Source: Asterias rubens (lineage: Eukaryota). Taken from it: DNA of 64,000 nt. Made by a program: the position numbers and the translations under genes. Under the pieces are notes generated by a model. That model ran no database searches, was not told where the DNA came from, and saw nothing but the letters and a program-made list of their open reading frames with translations. Within the stretch, counting starts at the first letter, position 1. Each line of letters begins with the position of its first letter. The DNA lies in assembly GCF_902459465.1 (NCBI RefSeq), contig NC_047062.1, forward strand, positions 20,274,001 through 20,338,000. The letters run 5' to 3'. Of the stretch, positions 12,101 through 24,400 are shown one piece after another.

Positions 12101-13609
12101 GGCCTTGGTGCTCCTACAAATGTTTCCCAATGAAAGTAATGGCATGACAACCTCTAAAGGATGGCCTTCCGGGCGTGTAAAATTATTATGGGTACAAAAA
12201 AATTGAGAGTAAAATGTGCTATCTGTATAATTCCCCACTTATGGATTTACTTACTTTAAGACCTGATCAAATACGATTTCTCTGGGATTGACAAGATTCT
12301 CCACAATAATCTCCACGGGTCCGGTACCATTCATCGGAGCTCTCGCAATGTATCCCAATTCAATTTCTGTCCAGTAAATCATCCTGTCTTCAATGTCCAA
12401 GGTCAGCCTGTCCGGATCTAAACAAAGATGATTTCAGTGCCACTGTTTGTTTTCGTCAAATCCAAAATCAAAATGCAAATACCAACCATGCAGTAAAAAA
12501 TCACTACCCCCAGCCTACAGGAAATCGTGTTTTTTCCTTCATAAAGGCACTTGACACTATTGGTTATTACTCAAAATAATTGCATGCATAACAACTTACT
12601 TGCTAACGAGCAATGGAGAGCTGAAAAACATTGTGAGAAACGACTCCCTCTGATGAAGTAACGTAGTTTTTGAGAATGAAGTAATTTGTCAGTAAAATAT
12701 ATTTTGAATTGGTTTCGAAACCTCAGCTGACGTCTCGAATTCAAGCATATGAATGCAAACAACTTGTGCGACAAGGGTGTTTTTTCTTCCATTAGTCTCT
12801 CGCAACTTCGACGACCAATAGTGAGTTCAAATTTTCACAGTTTTTATTTTATTTTATGCATTATAATGTTGAGATACACCAAGTGAGAAGACTGGTCTTT
12901 GACAATTACCAGGGCAAGTGCCTGTGAAAGCTATTTTGAAAACTTATATAATTCAACTCACAATTTAGTCCATCTACAACAATGGCTTGGTGGCTGCCGT
13001 CAAGACGTGCCCGGGAAATGGTTGCAGACGGCTTAGTTCTGATATCGTCCCAGTACACCATTTTTTCCACGGGGTCGAAGTCAACAGCCACAGGGTTTAC
13101 CAGCCCCTTGAGAGGTATCGGCACTGCGTCGGCTAGTTCCTTATTCATGCTCCCTACCGATATGGTTTCATTTTTTATATCCACGAATATCGCGAAGTCA
13201 CCTGCAATTCAAATTCTGAACTAAATTAATATTACGTTTAACAGCAGCAAACGGGTGTGAGGGTGAACATTATTTAAAAAAAACCTCGACATACAAATAT
13301 AGGTCCTATGCTCTCAAAAAAATGACGACATCATTATCATAAATTTGGAATTCAATATATGTCATCATGCGTTGCCGTTGCGTCCATTGGGTGAGGGGTT
13401 GTTGTTGTTTACAACTGTCCGAACAGTTAAATGTCAACAAAAACCACCTTTGTCCGATTTTGTCGCCTATTATTAGCATAACTTTCCTTTGAACTCAAGT
13501 AGTCATTTGTATAACGTAATTACTTGCCTGCGTAAGTCAACCTGAGAAAGGCTTGTCCCATCGTGATAATAATCAACAGTGACGTCATCTCAATCACCGA
13601 GCATTGCAT
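3187..13609 (-). CDS. Receptor tyrosine kinase, 730 aa: signal peptide, YWTD (LDLR class B) beta-propeller, one EGF domain, TM helix, RET/FGFR-like kinase
   Basis: 16 exons, all phases compatible, total 2193 nt: 13609-13528, 13201-12962, 12417-12255, 11709-11579, 10714-10457, 9678-9553, 8986-8839, 7914-7853, 7032-6856, 6414-6304, 5722-5541, 5208-5086, 4450-4339, 4172-4076, 3749-3650, 3267-3187. Motifs: YWDD/YWTE/YWTS/YWID/FWTD; a 6-Cys EGF; [27 protein letters not shown] followed by RRKHRR; [40 protein letters not shown]. Confidence 0.93.
7724..7813. mobile_element. Short Harbinger-type MITE (GGGTGGATT family), degenerate
   Basis: CAG|GGGTGGATT ... ACC|CAG. Interior TAGGACGAG/CTCGTCCTA hairpins are shared with the copies at 27411 and 61327. 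Confidence 0.55.
8202..8559. mobile_element. Kolobok-type MITE family B
   Basis: TTAA|AGCCATTGGACACTTTCGG ... CCGAAAGTGTATAATGGCT. The body is near-identical to 18485-18848 and, inverted, to 25255-25620. Confidence 0.8.
9231..9388. mobile_element. Small MITE with long TIRs
   Basis: TTTTCGAAACCACGGCTTTGGCTTTGGAT at the left is the near reverse complement of ATCCAAAGCCGAAGCCGTGGTTTCGAAAA at the right. Confidence 0.65.
9719..9762 (+). ncRNA. Minimal type I hammerhead ribozyme motif (Penelope-type), probably inactive (G5A)
   Basis: GTCTC-CTAACGAT-GACTAG-AGCAAG-CTAGTC-GAAAC-GTT-GAGAC. Stems I and II pair perfectly; the core reads CUAACGA instead of CUGANGA. Confidence 0.6.
12545..12908. mobile_element. 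Kolobok-type MITE family A, right end truncated
   Basis: Starts AGGCACTTGACACTATTGG; the body aligns by eye with 21073-21445. Further partial copies lie at about 2395-2700, 7385-7715 and 27920-28080. Confidence 0.7.
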
Positions 13610-13886
13610 GGCCGGCAGCGGTCGATTTACTATAATAAAAAAATATAATACCAAAAAAAAAAAAACTTTTAAGAGTTTTAAGACCATGGCACAATCTCAT
13701 GCATTTAGTTCTATCGGTTAATTTCCAAGAAAACAAATCCTTCACGTGTCTGTTGTTCTCATTATTTCCATTGGGGTGTGGTGGGAAAATGTATCCTTTA
13801 GGCCTTCGTGCTGCCGAAGTGTTCCATTAGCATGCAGTTGGTTGCCTCCAAGCAACCTGTAAAAAGCCTGTGTGATGTGGCCTTAA

Positions 13887-14265
13887 AGGCAGTGGACACT
13901 ATTGGTAATTGTCCAAGACTAGCCTTCACAGTTGGTGTATCTCAACATATGCATAAAATAACTAACCTGTGAAAATTTGAGCTCAATCGGTCATCAAAGT
14001 TGCGAGAAAATAATGAAAGAAGAAAACACCCTTGTCACACGAAGTTGTGTGCGTATAGATGGTTGATTTCGAGACCTCAAGTTCTAAATCTGAGGTCTCG
14101 AAATCAAATTCGTGGAAAACTATTTCTTTCTCGAAAACTATGGCACTTCAGAGGGAGCCGTTTCTCACAACGTTTTATACCACCAACCTCTCCCCATTAC
14201 TCGTCACCAAGTAAGGTTTCATGCTAATAATTATTTTGAGTCATTACCAATAGTGTCCACTGCCT
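13887..14265. mobile_element. Kolobok-type MITE family A, full length
   Basis: TTAA|AGGCAGTGGACACTATTGGTAAT ... ATTACCAATAGTGTCCACTGCCT|TTAA: perfect 23-bp TIRs and a TTAA duplication. Confidence 0.88.
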
Positions 14266-14417
14266 TTAAAAACAATTTCAATTGAATCAACAAATCGTCA
14301 CATTCATGTTCTCTCAAAGGATAAAGCTCGTTCGTTTTCAGGTTGAAAAAAATGTTTCAAATACTGTTAATTTTTGTGTGGTCGTTTAAGTGGATGTCAA
14401 AATTGTTATTTACTCAC

Positions 14418-14520
14418 CAGAAATCCGTTCGATTTATCCCAACATCATCTCATGTTATGTGCTTCTTCCTACTCGAAATAGCAGGTTCTGTCTATTGAGA
14501 TATTGCTGTTCCTTAGTCTT
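14418..14520 (-). other. Probable non-coding first exon (5' UTR) of the RTK
   Basis: Strong donor CTG|GTGAGT at 14418/14417 on the minus strand, and an acceptor TTATTATAG| at 13630/13629 just upstream of the RTK ATG. The 5' boundary is a guess. Confidence 0.45.
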
Positions 14521-15307
14521 ATACACGAAGGCCTACTAATACTACGAAACCTCATATGAAACAACATAAACACAGGTATTAATTTACACATAATTAATGG
14601 TTAATTCGATATGGATAGTTCGCAATGACTTTCATTATTTACAGGGAAAATTCGTTTAAAGAAAGTGAAAGGCCCTTTTGATTGAAACGAATGTTTATTT
14701 TGGAAAAAATCACACAGATGTAGCTACGTCTCTTTTCATTGTACATGTACGCCCCCATTAGAATTTTATTTAAAAAGCGAAACTTCTTGAAAGAAGTTGA
14801 TATATTATGCCTACCTTTGATAAGGGAAATATGGGGGCGGGAACCAACATGAAATGTTTTCCTTTCTACTTATTCCAACTTTTGAACGAAGAGCTATAGG
14901 TTTTACTTTCACATGAATACAAATATTAGAACCGTATATCATATGACAAAATATAATCACGAGGTAAAACCTGGACTGTTTCGATTCTCGATGTGTGTAG
15001 AAAAGTGCTTTTCCAGCCTTTGTTTAGGTTTCACTTGGCTTCAAGAAGATTAAGATCCCCAAGTCCATCCATTAATTTCGGCTAATTTTTGTTGGCTTTT
15101 GGTAATTGATATTTAAGTTATTTTGTACTTTTTGTTTAATGATAAACCTACCACTTTGAGTCACTGTTCCTGTTTATTTGCATATTATCTTGTCTTTACC
15201 CTATTCGATCTTGTTTAATTGAGTTTTTCTATAAGAGAGTTCCCCCATAGCATTTAGTTTTACTTGGTTTATTCATAATATACTCTAATGAATTGAACGA
15301 AGTTTTG

Positions 15308-15321
15308 CCGGTAGAGGGCGC
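15308..15321 (+). promoter_or_regulatory. CTCF-like motif between the divergent RTK and KIF6 starts
   Basis: CCGGTAGAGGGCGC fits the CTCF core CC(A/G)(C/G)(C/T)AG(A/G)(G/T)GGC(A/G)C at every position. Confidence 0.45.
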
Positions 15322-15485
15322 ACATTCATTACTGAAATTTCCCTGGCATTTTTGGTGATTGATTGGGTACATAGTAAACGTCTCTCGGTGTACAAATGTA
15401 ACTATAAACGGCTCTTTTGATCTTGTTGTGACTGAAGTGGGCATGAATTCATCCTAAGATATAGAATGGAATATATCTGGAGACG

Positions 15486-18400
15486 ATGGTTAAGCAAGGA
15501 ATCAAAATATTCTGTCGGATAAAGCCAACGAAAGCAAAAACTGGGGTAAGAAGATTGTCATTTTATGCTACTGGAGCACATAGCGTCAATGGTTGCTAAC
15601 AACGACAATCTGACAGCAGATCTGTCTTACTCCCTAATAATTCTACCTCCATGCTAAAACTAGGCAGCGTATGGGGTTACTCATAGGCATAAAAATACAG
15701 CCATCGTTTTTTAGTTACTTTGTGAAAAACTTCCGTATCCGGCTACCACTTTAATTCATTTAGTTAGATATAAATAACTGAGCTAAGTTATTATATTGTT
15801 TACTCAACTCAAGAGTAACAATTCATTAGGTAGGGGCCTATCTTCTATTAAAGGTTTGTCCTTATGTATGGAGATTTGGTAAAAACGTAAAAATAAGTGA
15901 AAAGTTGTGGCAGGATACATGGCAGGATTGAGGTGAGGTTACATTACCAAAATTGTTCCAATTTATTTACCGTTGTCAGACTCAAGACTGTAATTGCGCA
16001 AGACTCAGCTACAAGTTGTTCAAATCTGTGTTACAAATTTGTGTTTGTATTTAAATTTTGGCTAGGAAAAAATAGGCCTGAAAGAACGTCATATAGACTA
16101 GAGTGCTATAATGATTTCCAGTGAATTAGCATTTGACGTTGTTTATAAGGATAACTTTCCGTATGGAGCCACCACTTTTTCACTCATTTTTACAAAAAGG
16201 GATATCTCATTGAGGTAAATTAGATAATTATATTATTTCATATCGAGTGAAAAAGTGGTGGCGCCATACGGAAACTTTTCCTTATTTAACTATTGCTATG
16301 GTAAAAAATATCCACTGCCAATTGAATCAGTTATGATGAATAACAAAATAATGTTATTATGGCATTGCTGAAAGTTTGCATTCTAAACTTTTCCAAGTAG
16401 GATCTTAAAATGTAACACAACAATAAGGATATATATTTAAATATATCGTAAATAAAATTGTGAGCCAAAAATAAATTGTGCCATCGTGTGTTAAACTTAA
16501 AGTCACCTGGAAGTGGTATTTTGTCAAAATAAAGCTATTGTCACTAAAATGTGTGTTTTGATGAGTGGAATATGAATAAATTATTAACTAAGGTTTAAAT
16601 AAATTAGTTTCCATGTTATTTACAAATTTGAAAAAAGCCTGACCCGAGAGGGCGCTGTTCGTGACGTCAACCGAGGCGCGATGAATCGCATGCAGTGCCA
16701 ACACAATATAGTGACGCTTGGCGCAAGCTAAAAACATGCCCTCAAAGTTGAAACAATACCTGTTTTTTTCACGTTTAGGTTCCTTACGTCTTTCAGGTAC
16801 CTTCTTCAACTTCCCCACTAGCTGGAAAGATTGTTAGGATGGCGTCATGTTTTAAAAAATAACTTTTTCGAAACGTAAAACACACGACTAGGACTTGAAT
16901 GTACTTGCACGTACGTGTGTTCGATGTTCAATCGAGGCAAAGTCTGCCTCGATTGACGAGGCAAAGTCTGCCTCGATTGACGTCACAAAAGGGGTAGGCG
17001 GAGTCACCCCCCACACAACTTTATTTTTTTTAAACATATAAATCGTTAAAAACAATTACTAAAACAATTATTTTATTGTTCAGAAATATATACTCTACTG
17101 TTTTAAGAAAGAAAAAATTATATTTCCAGGTGACTTTAATTTTCAATCTCATATTATTTTAAATCCCAATTTAAAATTATTATTTTTGTTTTATCTCCAT
17201 TGTAATGATAACAGATTATACATTTTAATTTGTGATTGAAATGTGATGAATTTATTTTTCTTACTTAAAGCTCTTTGAAATTGACGAAGATGACAGCGGA
17301 TATCCCAAGCTCTCCTTCGTGGTGCCCAAAGATCTCGCTTCAGGATTTATCAATAACAAGAAGGAGGAATATTCCTTTCGGTTCGACCGGTTATTCGACC
17401 AGTATACCAAACAAGATGAGATCTTTGATAATGTGGCTAAGGATGTGGTCGACAAGTAAGCAACATTTTCTACAGAACAATGGTTTATTTATTTTGTAGA
17501 GCTGGTTGTGAATCGGGGATAAAGAATATTATTGGATTTACCCTCACAGCGATGTGTAAGCACTGCATACTCAGAACGTTCTTGAGTTCTGCTCTAGCGA
17601 TGCAAAGGGTTGTGGGTTCGAATCTAACCTGTGTGATTTGCCTGTAGATGTTCTTAACCGACTTTGGGACAGTACTGAGTATGCAGTACTCGATACACAC
17701 TGGTGTAAGGGGAAAAACAAATTGTTTATTTATTAAACAACTTGAATTTAAGATAACAAAATGTGTTACTTAATAAACTGTGCACTGTAAAATTGTATTT
17801 GGAATGTTTGAAAAGATGTGATGTACAGAAAATGTTGACTGTCAAATCAGGGCTTGAAACTTGCAGGAAAATTCACAAGACATGGCATGGCGTGTAGCTT
17901 TTTTTTTTTTTTTAGAACACCAACTATTTTTTTAAAGACCAGACCAGAAACAATTAAATTGCCTTTTTTCTACATCAAACCAAAACTTATTTGTTGATCT
18001 GTGTAAATGTTGAAAGACAGATAGCATTTTCTCATTGAGAGAAAAACATCCTCTGGTGTGACTTTTTTCAATACAGTCGAAAGCATACAAGTTTCCGGCA
18101 TTATTTACTTGACTTGGGCTTTGAGTCTATTATAAACTTGTAGAGCATTGTCATTTGTTTTAGAAATGCTGCAATAAGCTTTTGGTAGAACAACCTTCTC
18201 ACTTTTGCAAATTATTTTGTTTTGTTTCACAGCTGCATCCTGGGGTACAATGGAACTATCTTTGCTTATGGACAGGTATGTAACAATATTAATTTTTTAA
18301 TTTGTATTATATAATTGTTTTTTTTGTATTGTCAGCAATCTCCATTAAGATGGTCTTACCAAGGTGGGAAAGTACAAGCACCACATTTAAAATTTGAGAC

Positions 18401-21400
18401 GTTGTGGTTTGTTCTTTAGAAGTTTTGTTAGATTTGTAAAGATCTTACAATTATAAAAGCATGATCAGTGAAACTTAATGTTAAAGCCATTATACACTTT
18501 AAGTAAACAGTATTATCCAAGTCCCACACTTCGTGTATCACAACTTATATATCAAATAACAGACCTGTGAAAATTTAGGCTCAATTGGTCATCGGAGTCG
18601 GGAGAAAATAATGGGAAAACCCACTCTTGTTTCCGCGCGTTTCGCCGTGTCATGACATGTGTTTAAAATAAATCTGTAATTCTTGCTAACGAGAATTTAT
18701 ATTGTTTTAATGTTTTCTCAAAAAGTAAAGCATTTCATGGAGTAATATTTCAAGAGAAGTCTTTCACCACTACCTTCTGTAAACCCTGTAAGTTATTTGT
18801 AAATCTCTGAACTTTTTTTAGTCTTTGTACCGAAAGTGTATAATGGCTTTAACAGAGAAAATAAAGGTAGTTGACTTTTTATTTTGCTTTTTAATGGCAG
18901 ACTGGGAGTGGAAAGACTTTCACCATTACTGGTGGACCTGAACGCTACATCGATCGCGGGATCATCCCAAGAATGCTAACCTACATCTTTGAGGAATACT
19001 CACGGGTAAGTCAAGGATACAGAAGGAGGTCTTGATGAAAAGTTAGATTAATATGAGATTAATTTAAAATCTAACCATTCTAGGTACTTCTAGATTTTCA
19101 TTAATGACTTAGCATTTTCAAACCAGTTTGCTTTAGCGCTTGCAGCGAAAGCAGAGCTGGGGCGCCAAATTCGCTTCGCACGAAGCATTCACAGGAAGTA
19201 TGAACGAGATTTACAGGGTACTTGATATGCCTTTTTTATCACACAGAACCCAGGCAATGTATTCACCACACACTTCTCCTACCTAGAGATCTACAATGAG
19301 AGTGGTTATGACTTACTGGATCCCAAGCATGAAGCTGCAAAGCTAGAAGACTTACCGTGAGTAGTAACTTAAAGGGCAATCCCCCAGTGACTCACGTTAC
19401 CGTGAGTAGTAACTAAAAGGGCAATCCCCCAGTGACTGACGTTACCGTGAGTAGTAACTGTACAAGGTAAGTCCCCCAGTGACTCAGGTTACTGTGAGTA
19501 GTAACAAGAAGGCAATCCCCCAGTGACTCACGTAACCTAGAGTAGTAACTAGAAGGTAGTTCCCCCAGTGACTCACGTTACTGTGAGTAGTAACTAGAAG
19601 GGAAATCCTGCAGTGACTCACGTTACTGTGAGTAGTAACTAGAAGGGAAATCCTGCAGTGACTCACGTTACTGTGAGTAGTAACTAGAAGGGAAATCCTG
19701 CAGTGACTCACGTTACTGTGAGAAGTAACTAGAAGGGAAATCCTGCAGTGACTCACGTTACTGTGAGTAGTAACTAGAAGGTAATTCCCCCAGTGACTCA
19801 CGTTACCTGTGAGTAGTAACTAGAAGGTAATTCCCCCAGTGACTCACGTTACTGTGAGTAGTAACTAGAAGGGAAATCCTGCAGTGACTCACGTTACTGT
19901 GAGTAGTAACTAGAAGGGAAATCCTGCAGTGACTCACGTTACTGTGAGTAGTAACTAGAAGGTAATTCCCCCAGTGACTCACGTTACCTGTGAGTAGTAA
20001 CGAGACAAACAATCCCCCAGTGACTCGTGTTACATTGATTGCAGGCTCTAGAAAGCTGGTATCTCAAATGATTTTCTCGACTTGATATTTTGTTGTCTGT
20101 TGTTGATAGTGACAGTTTTTTAGAAACATGTAGCAAGTCACTGAAGTCATTCAGAAAACTAGATTTTTGACGTTCAATGTGCATCAACACTCTGGTTTAG
20201 TCTTAAAAGATTGACAAACTTAAAGAGGGGCTACTAGGTCATTATTATTAAGTTTTGTGATGCAATAATTTTCCAACAGAGAGGAAAATTACAGGTTTCT
20301 TAATCCTATCCTCGCGTTAAAAGGGTGTTGAATGTCTTTTTGTTTGATACACTTCAACTCAAGCTGGGTAATGTTACAAAGAGTAGGTATACACATTCAA
20401 ACTGGGGACCTATAACAAAAGAGGACAATAGGCTCCACAGTTCCGGAAAGGTCCTCAGTTGGAAATTGTGTACAAAACCAATAGAGTATAAACAAAAGAG
20501 GGGACAATAGGAGATCTGCTGTTGCAGGCGTATACAAGCTTGTAAGAGTGTGAGTGTGTCCATTACTGAATTCTCTTTCATTATCTTTGCAGGAAGGTAT
20601 CCCTGATGGAGGACAGCGATGGCAACATCCACCTTAAGAACCTGTCCATCCATCAGGCTAACAATGAAGAGGAGGCTCTCAATCTACTGTTTCTTGGAGA
20701 TACCAACCGTATGATTGCAGAGGTAAGAAGACAGACAATAGGCCTATTTACTGGCCATGCAGAACAGTCAATATTGAACAAATCTATCAAACTTTTTTCA
20801 ATTTTTTGACCCACCGACCCACACTTGGATTTTTAAATGCCGGTCTACTGGACATTAGTATGCTCTGCTTACTGTGAAGATCTGTGCTAACTGCCCTTTG
20901 GATAATGACTGTACTTTACCGTATTTTAAAGGGATACTTTTGCGGAATTCCGCAGTGAACAGAAAGACGAGTCTTGAAAGTTTGACCCAGACTGTTCTAG
21001 ATCCGGTACACTGAAGAGCAAGGTAGTGTCTGGTGCAAACATGGCAGAAGTTTTAGATAACGTACTGTTTAAAGGCAGTGGACACTATTGGAAATTACTC
21101 CAAATATTTATTATCATAAAACCTTACTTGGTTCCGAGTAATGGGGAGAGGTTGATAGTATAAAACATTGTGAGAAACGGCTCCCTGTGAAGTAATGTAG
21201 TTTTCGAGAAAGAAGTGATTTTTCACGAATTTGATTTCGAGACCTCAGATTTAGAATTTGAGGTCTCAAAATCAAGCATCTGAAAGTAAACACCCTCGTG
21301 TGACAAGGGTGTTTTTTCTTTCATTATTATCTCGCAACTTCGACTACCGATTGAGCTTTTCAAAAGTTTATTACTTTATGCATAGGTTGAGATACACCAA

Positions 21401-24400
21401 CTGTGGAGATTAGTCTTTGACAATTACCAATAGCGTCCACTGTCTTTAAAAACAGGGTTAGTGCAGGTTAGGTCTAGGCTAGCCCCTTTTAGCCTCCACA
21501 GTCGCTGCATATTTTAAGCAGAATATATTATTTAGAAAATTTCTGCTAAGCAAAATGAGCAGGATATCAGTCACAGGTGTTACAAGTGACGTGGTACACT
21601 GGCTTGTAATCTTATTCTGGTAAGCATCATTTTGTTGTGCTTGGCCACCTTTTTGACTTAAAGCAACTCCATGAATTTTGAGCCCTGGTGTTATTGGACT
21701 CTCCTTAAATCAAGGCGGCTGATTTGCAAGTCAAGAGTTGCTTCTTTAAAAGTGATAACTGAGAAATATCTTCTCTTTCCTTTGCTTCAGACACCGATGA
21801 ATCAGGCGTCAACTCGTTCTCATTGTATCTTCACCATCCATATGTCCATCAGAGATGCCGGTTCAACCACCATAAAAAGATCCAAGCTACACTTGGTAGA
21901 TCTGGCTGGGTAAGTAATGATTACCTTCATTGCACCTTACAGCATACATCTTCAAGGTAAAAGGGTCACTAAACATTTCTACTGGGTCTTCTAGAGTTTT
22001 CATCCTTATAAAGGTCTGACAAATAGAGAGTACTATATTTGAAAATTATAATCACTATTATTATTGTTATGACTGGTTTCCTGCTTAGTTTCATGGACCA
22101 GATCATTTTTAAAAGCAACATTTTTTGCTTAAGGAGCTCTATGAAATGGAGTCCCTTCAAAATAAAGAAAAAATATTTCTAAGAATAAATCTTATGTTTT
22201 CCCTGGTGACTGTTGGATACTGACAACTTGTTTGTTCTCTTTTCAAATACCAGATCGGAAAGAATCGGAAAGACAGGTGTTGGAGGAACGCTTCTCACTG
22301 AAGCCAAGTACATTAACTTATCACTGCATTATCTAGAACAGGTAAGGTTGAAGTTGGTGTGATGTAAAGCAGGATTGAAAGTTGTTGATTGTAAGATTTT
22401 GCAGATTTTTCATTTGTTTTCGTTTCGATCAACCAGTAATTTTTTAGTAAAACAGGAGAGCACTGAAATTACATTCTTTGGCTTGCCCATTCAGGTCATT
22501 GTGGCGTTATCAGAGAAGTCCCGCTCCCATATTCCGTATCGTAACTCCATGATGACATCAGTACTGAGAGACAGTCTAGGAGGTAACTGCATGACTACCA
22601 TGGTTGCTACATGCTCAGTAGAGAAGAAGAACATCGATGTAAGTATAACAAGTCAAGTTACTTTCAACCAAACTTTTTTTTAATTTCATGGTTTTTTAAT
22701 CATGTTGAGTCGCTTTGTCAAAAGTAGAAAAAAGGGGCCCATTGGATTAAGGTTTATCTAAGCTGTTAATGAGATCTTGGGTCTTTCAAACCCGGGGTCT
22801 AATAGATCCTTCCAATCAAATATATATATTGACAAGTACACTGATACTACTGGTTAGCAAACATTTTGGGGACATTAGGCCTTTTTGTGTATGGGGCGCT
22901 GATGTTTGTATAAATTTGTACAACTGGCTTTTATTTACTTCAAAGCCAAAATGGCTAAGCAATTCATTCTGTTCAGCAACACTGTGATTTGGGGCTCTAT
23001 GTTTTACACCATAAATAATTTGTAAACATGGTGCTGAAATCAATATGTGTTTGATTTTCTTGTTTCTTTTAAAGGAATCCATTTCAACCTGTCGGTTTGC
23101 CCAGAGAGTGGCTATGATCAAGAATGATGCAATCCTGAATGAAGAAGTCGACCCCAAACTGGTAAGTCAACAACGAAGCTGAATTTGGATTTCAATCTAG
23201 ACGGTTTGAGTTCACAGTTTGTTTTTGAAGGTTTGTGTAAGGGGAATAAAAGGTAATGAACTTTTGTAAAGTCTCAATGGAATGCCATTGTACAACAAAA
23301 TAAGCACTTGTTGGTAGAATAATGCACAACATAATACCAAGCTTTTTAACTAGAAATATCCAAATGCTTACCCATAGGGCAGATGAGCTCGCAAGTGATG
23401 CTATGAATAGCAAACAGGATTGCTAATAAGAACTCTAATGAAAACTTGCAAGGCACATGAAAATTCTATTGACCCATTTCACCTGACGTCATCTTCAAAA
23501 AAATCTTGAAAGCGCCATACTGGTGGGCAATTTCACTGTACTTTTTTATATATAACTGTATGATGTGCGTTATGCAGTGAAAGTGCGCGTTTTAGGCGAC
23601 GTGGCATTAATACACGTAAACCTAACTTGCCCACCAACATGGTCAGCGCGGATCAGTCCCCGCGTGTGACGCGCGTGCAAGGGGTCAATAACTTATCTTT
23701 GTTTCTTTAAATTGATCCATTCCATGCCTTGCTGTCTATCGTTCTGCAGATGATTGCTCGGTTGAAGTCTGAGATCCAAGAGCTGAAGAACCAGTTAACT
23801 CTTGCCACAGGGGAGCAGAGTGCAGAGGAACTCACTGAAGAAGATATAGAAAGGTACAAAACAAATGTAGGAGCACCAGCGGCTCCGTTTAAAAGGAGCA
23901 CTGTGTCATGCTGTGGATTTTGACATTTTAAAGGGATACATAATGTTTTCAGGGATGAGGTTGTTCAGACTTTTGGCTGAATTCAGACTTTTTATGTCGG
24001 CCTGGTAAAGAAAATCAGACAATATTTTTATCCACAAATAAAGATATCCTGCTCATTGGTTTACTTCTCTAGTGCTTTGGATACTGTTTCCAAAAGCTCC
24101 TTGGAATCTATAACCCCTTGGAATCTATAATCTATCTACCGAAAGGTAGAAATACCATTATTTCAACATACCTATGAATTTGTATCCAAGTTTCAGACTT
24201 TTTTTGTTAGTAATGACTCTCGCCCCTGTGTTTTCAATCGATGGGTTATATTGGAGGTGAAGAATGTTAATTTGAGTTACCTGCTTGCAGTACCTACTGC
24301 TAAATATTACTGCACACTCAATAGTCTGGGCCTAAGTGTCATAGAGCTCCTTAACACCAAATAACGGTTTTAAAAACATTGTCTGTGTTTAGCTTAGCAA

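Noticed and set aside
19484-20012. Minus-strand ORFs with repeating [15 protein letters not shown]
   Set aside because: By-product of a 45-bp unit being a multiple of three; no splice or start context.
19357-20033. Regularly spaced repeats resembling a CRISPR array
   Set aside because: Units are contiguous with no unique spacers, there are no cas genes, and the context is a eukaryotic intron. It is a minisatellite.
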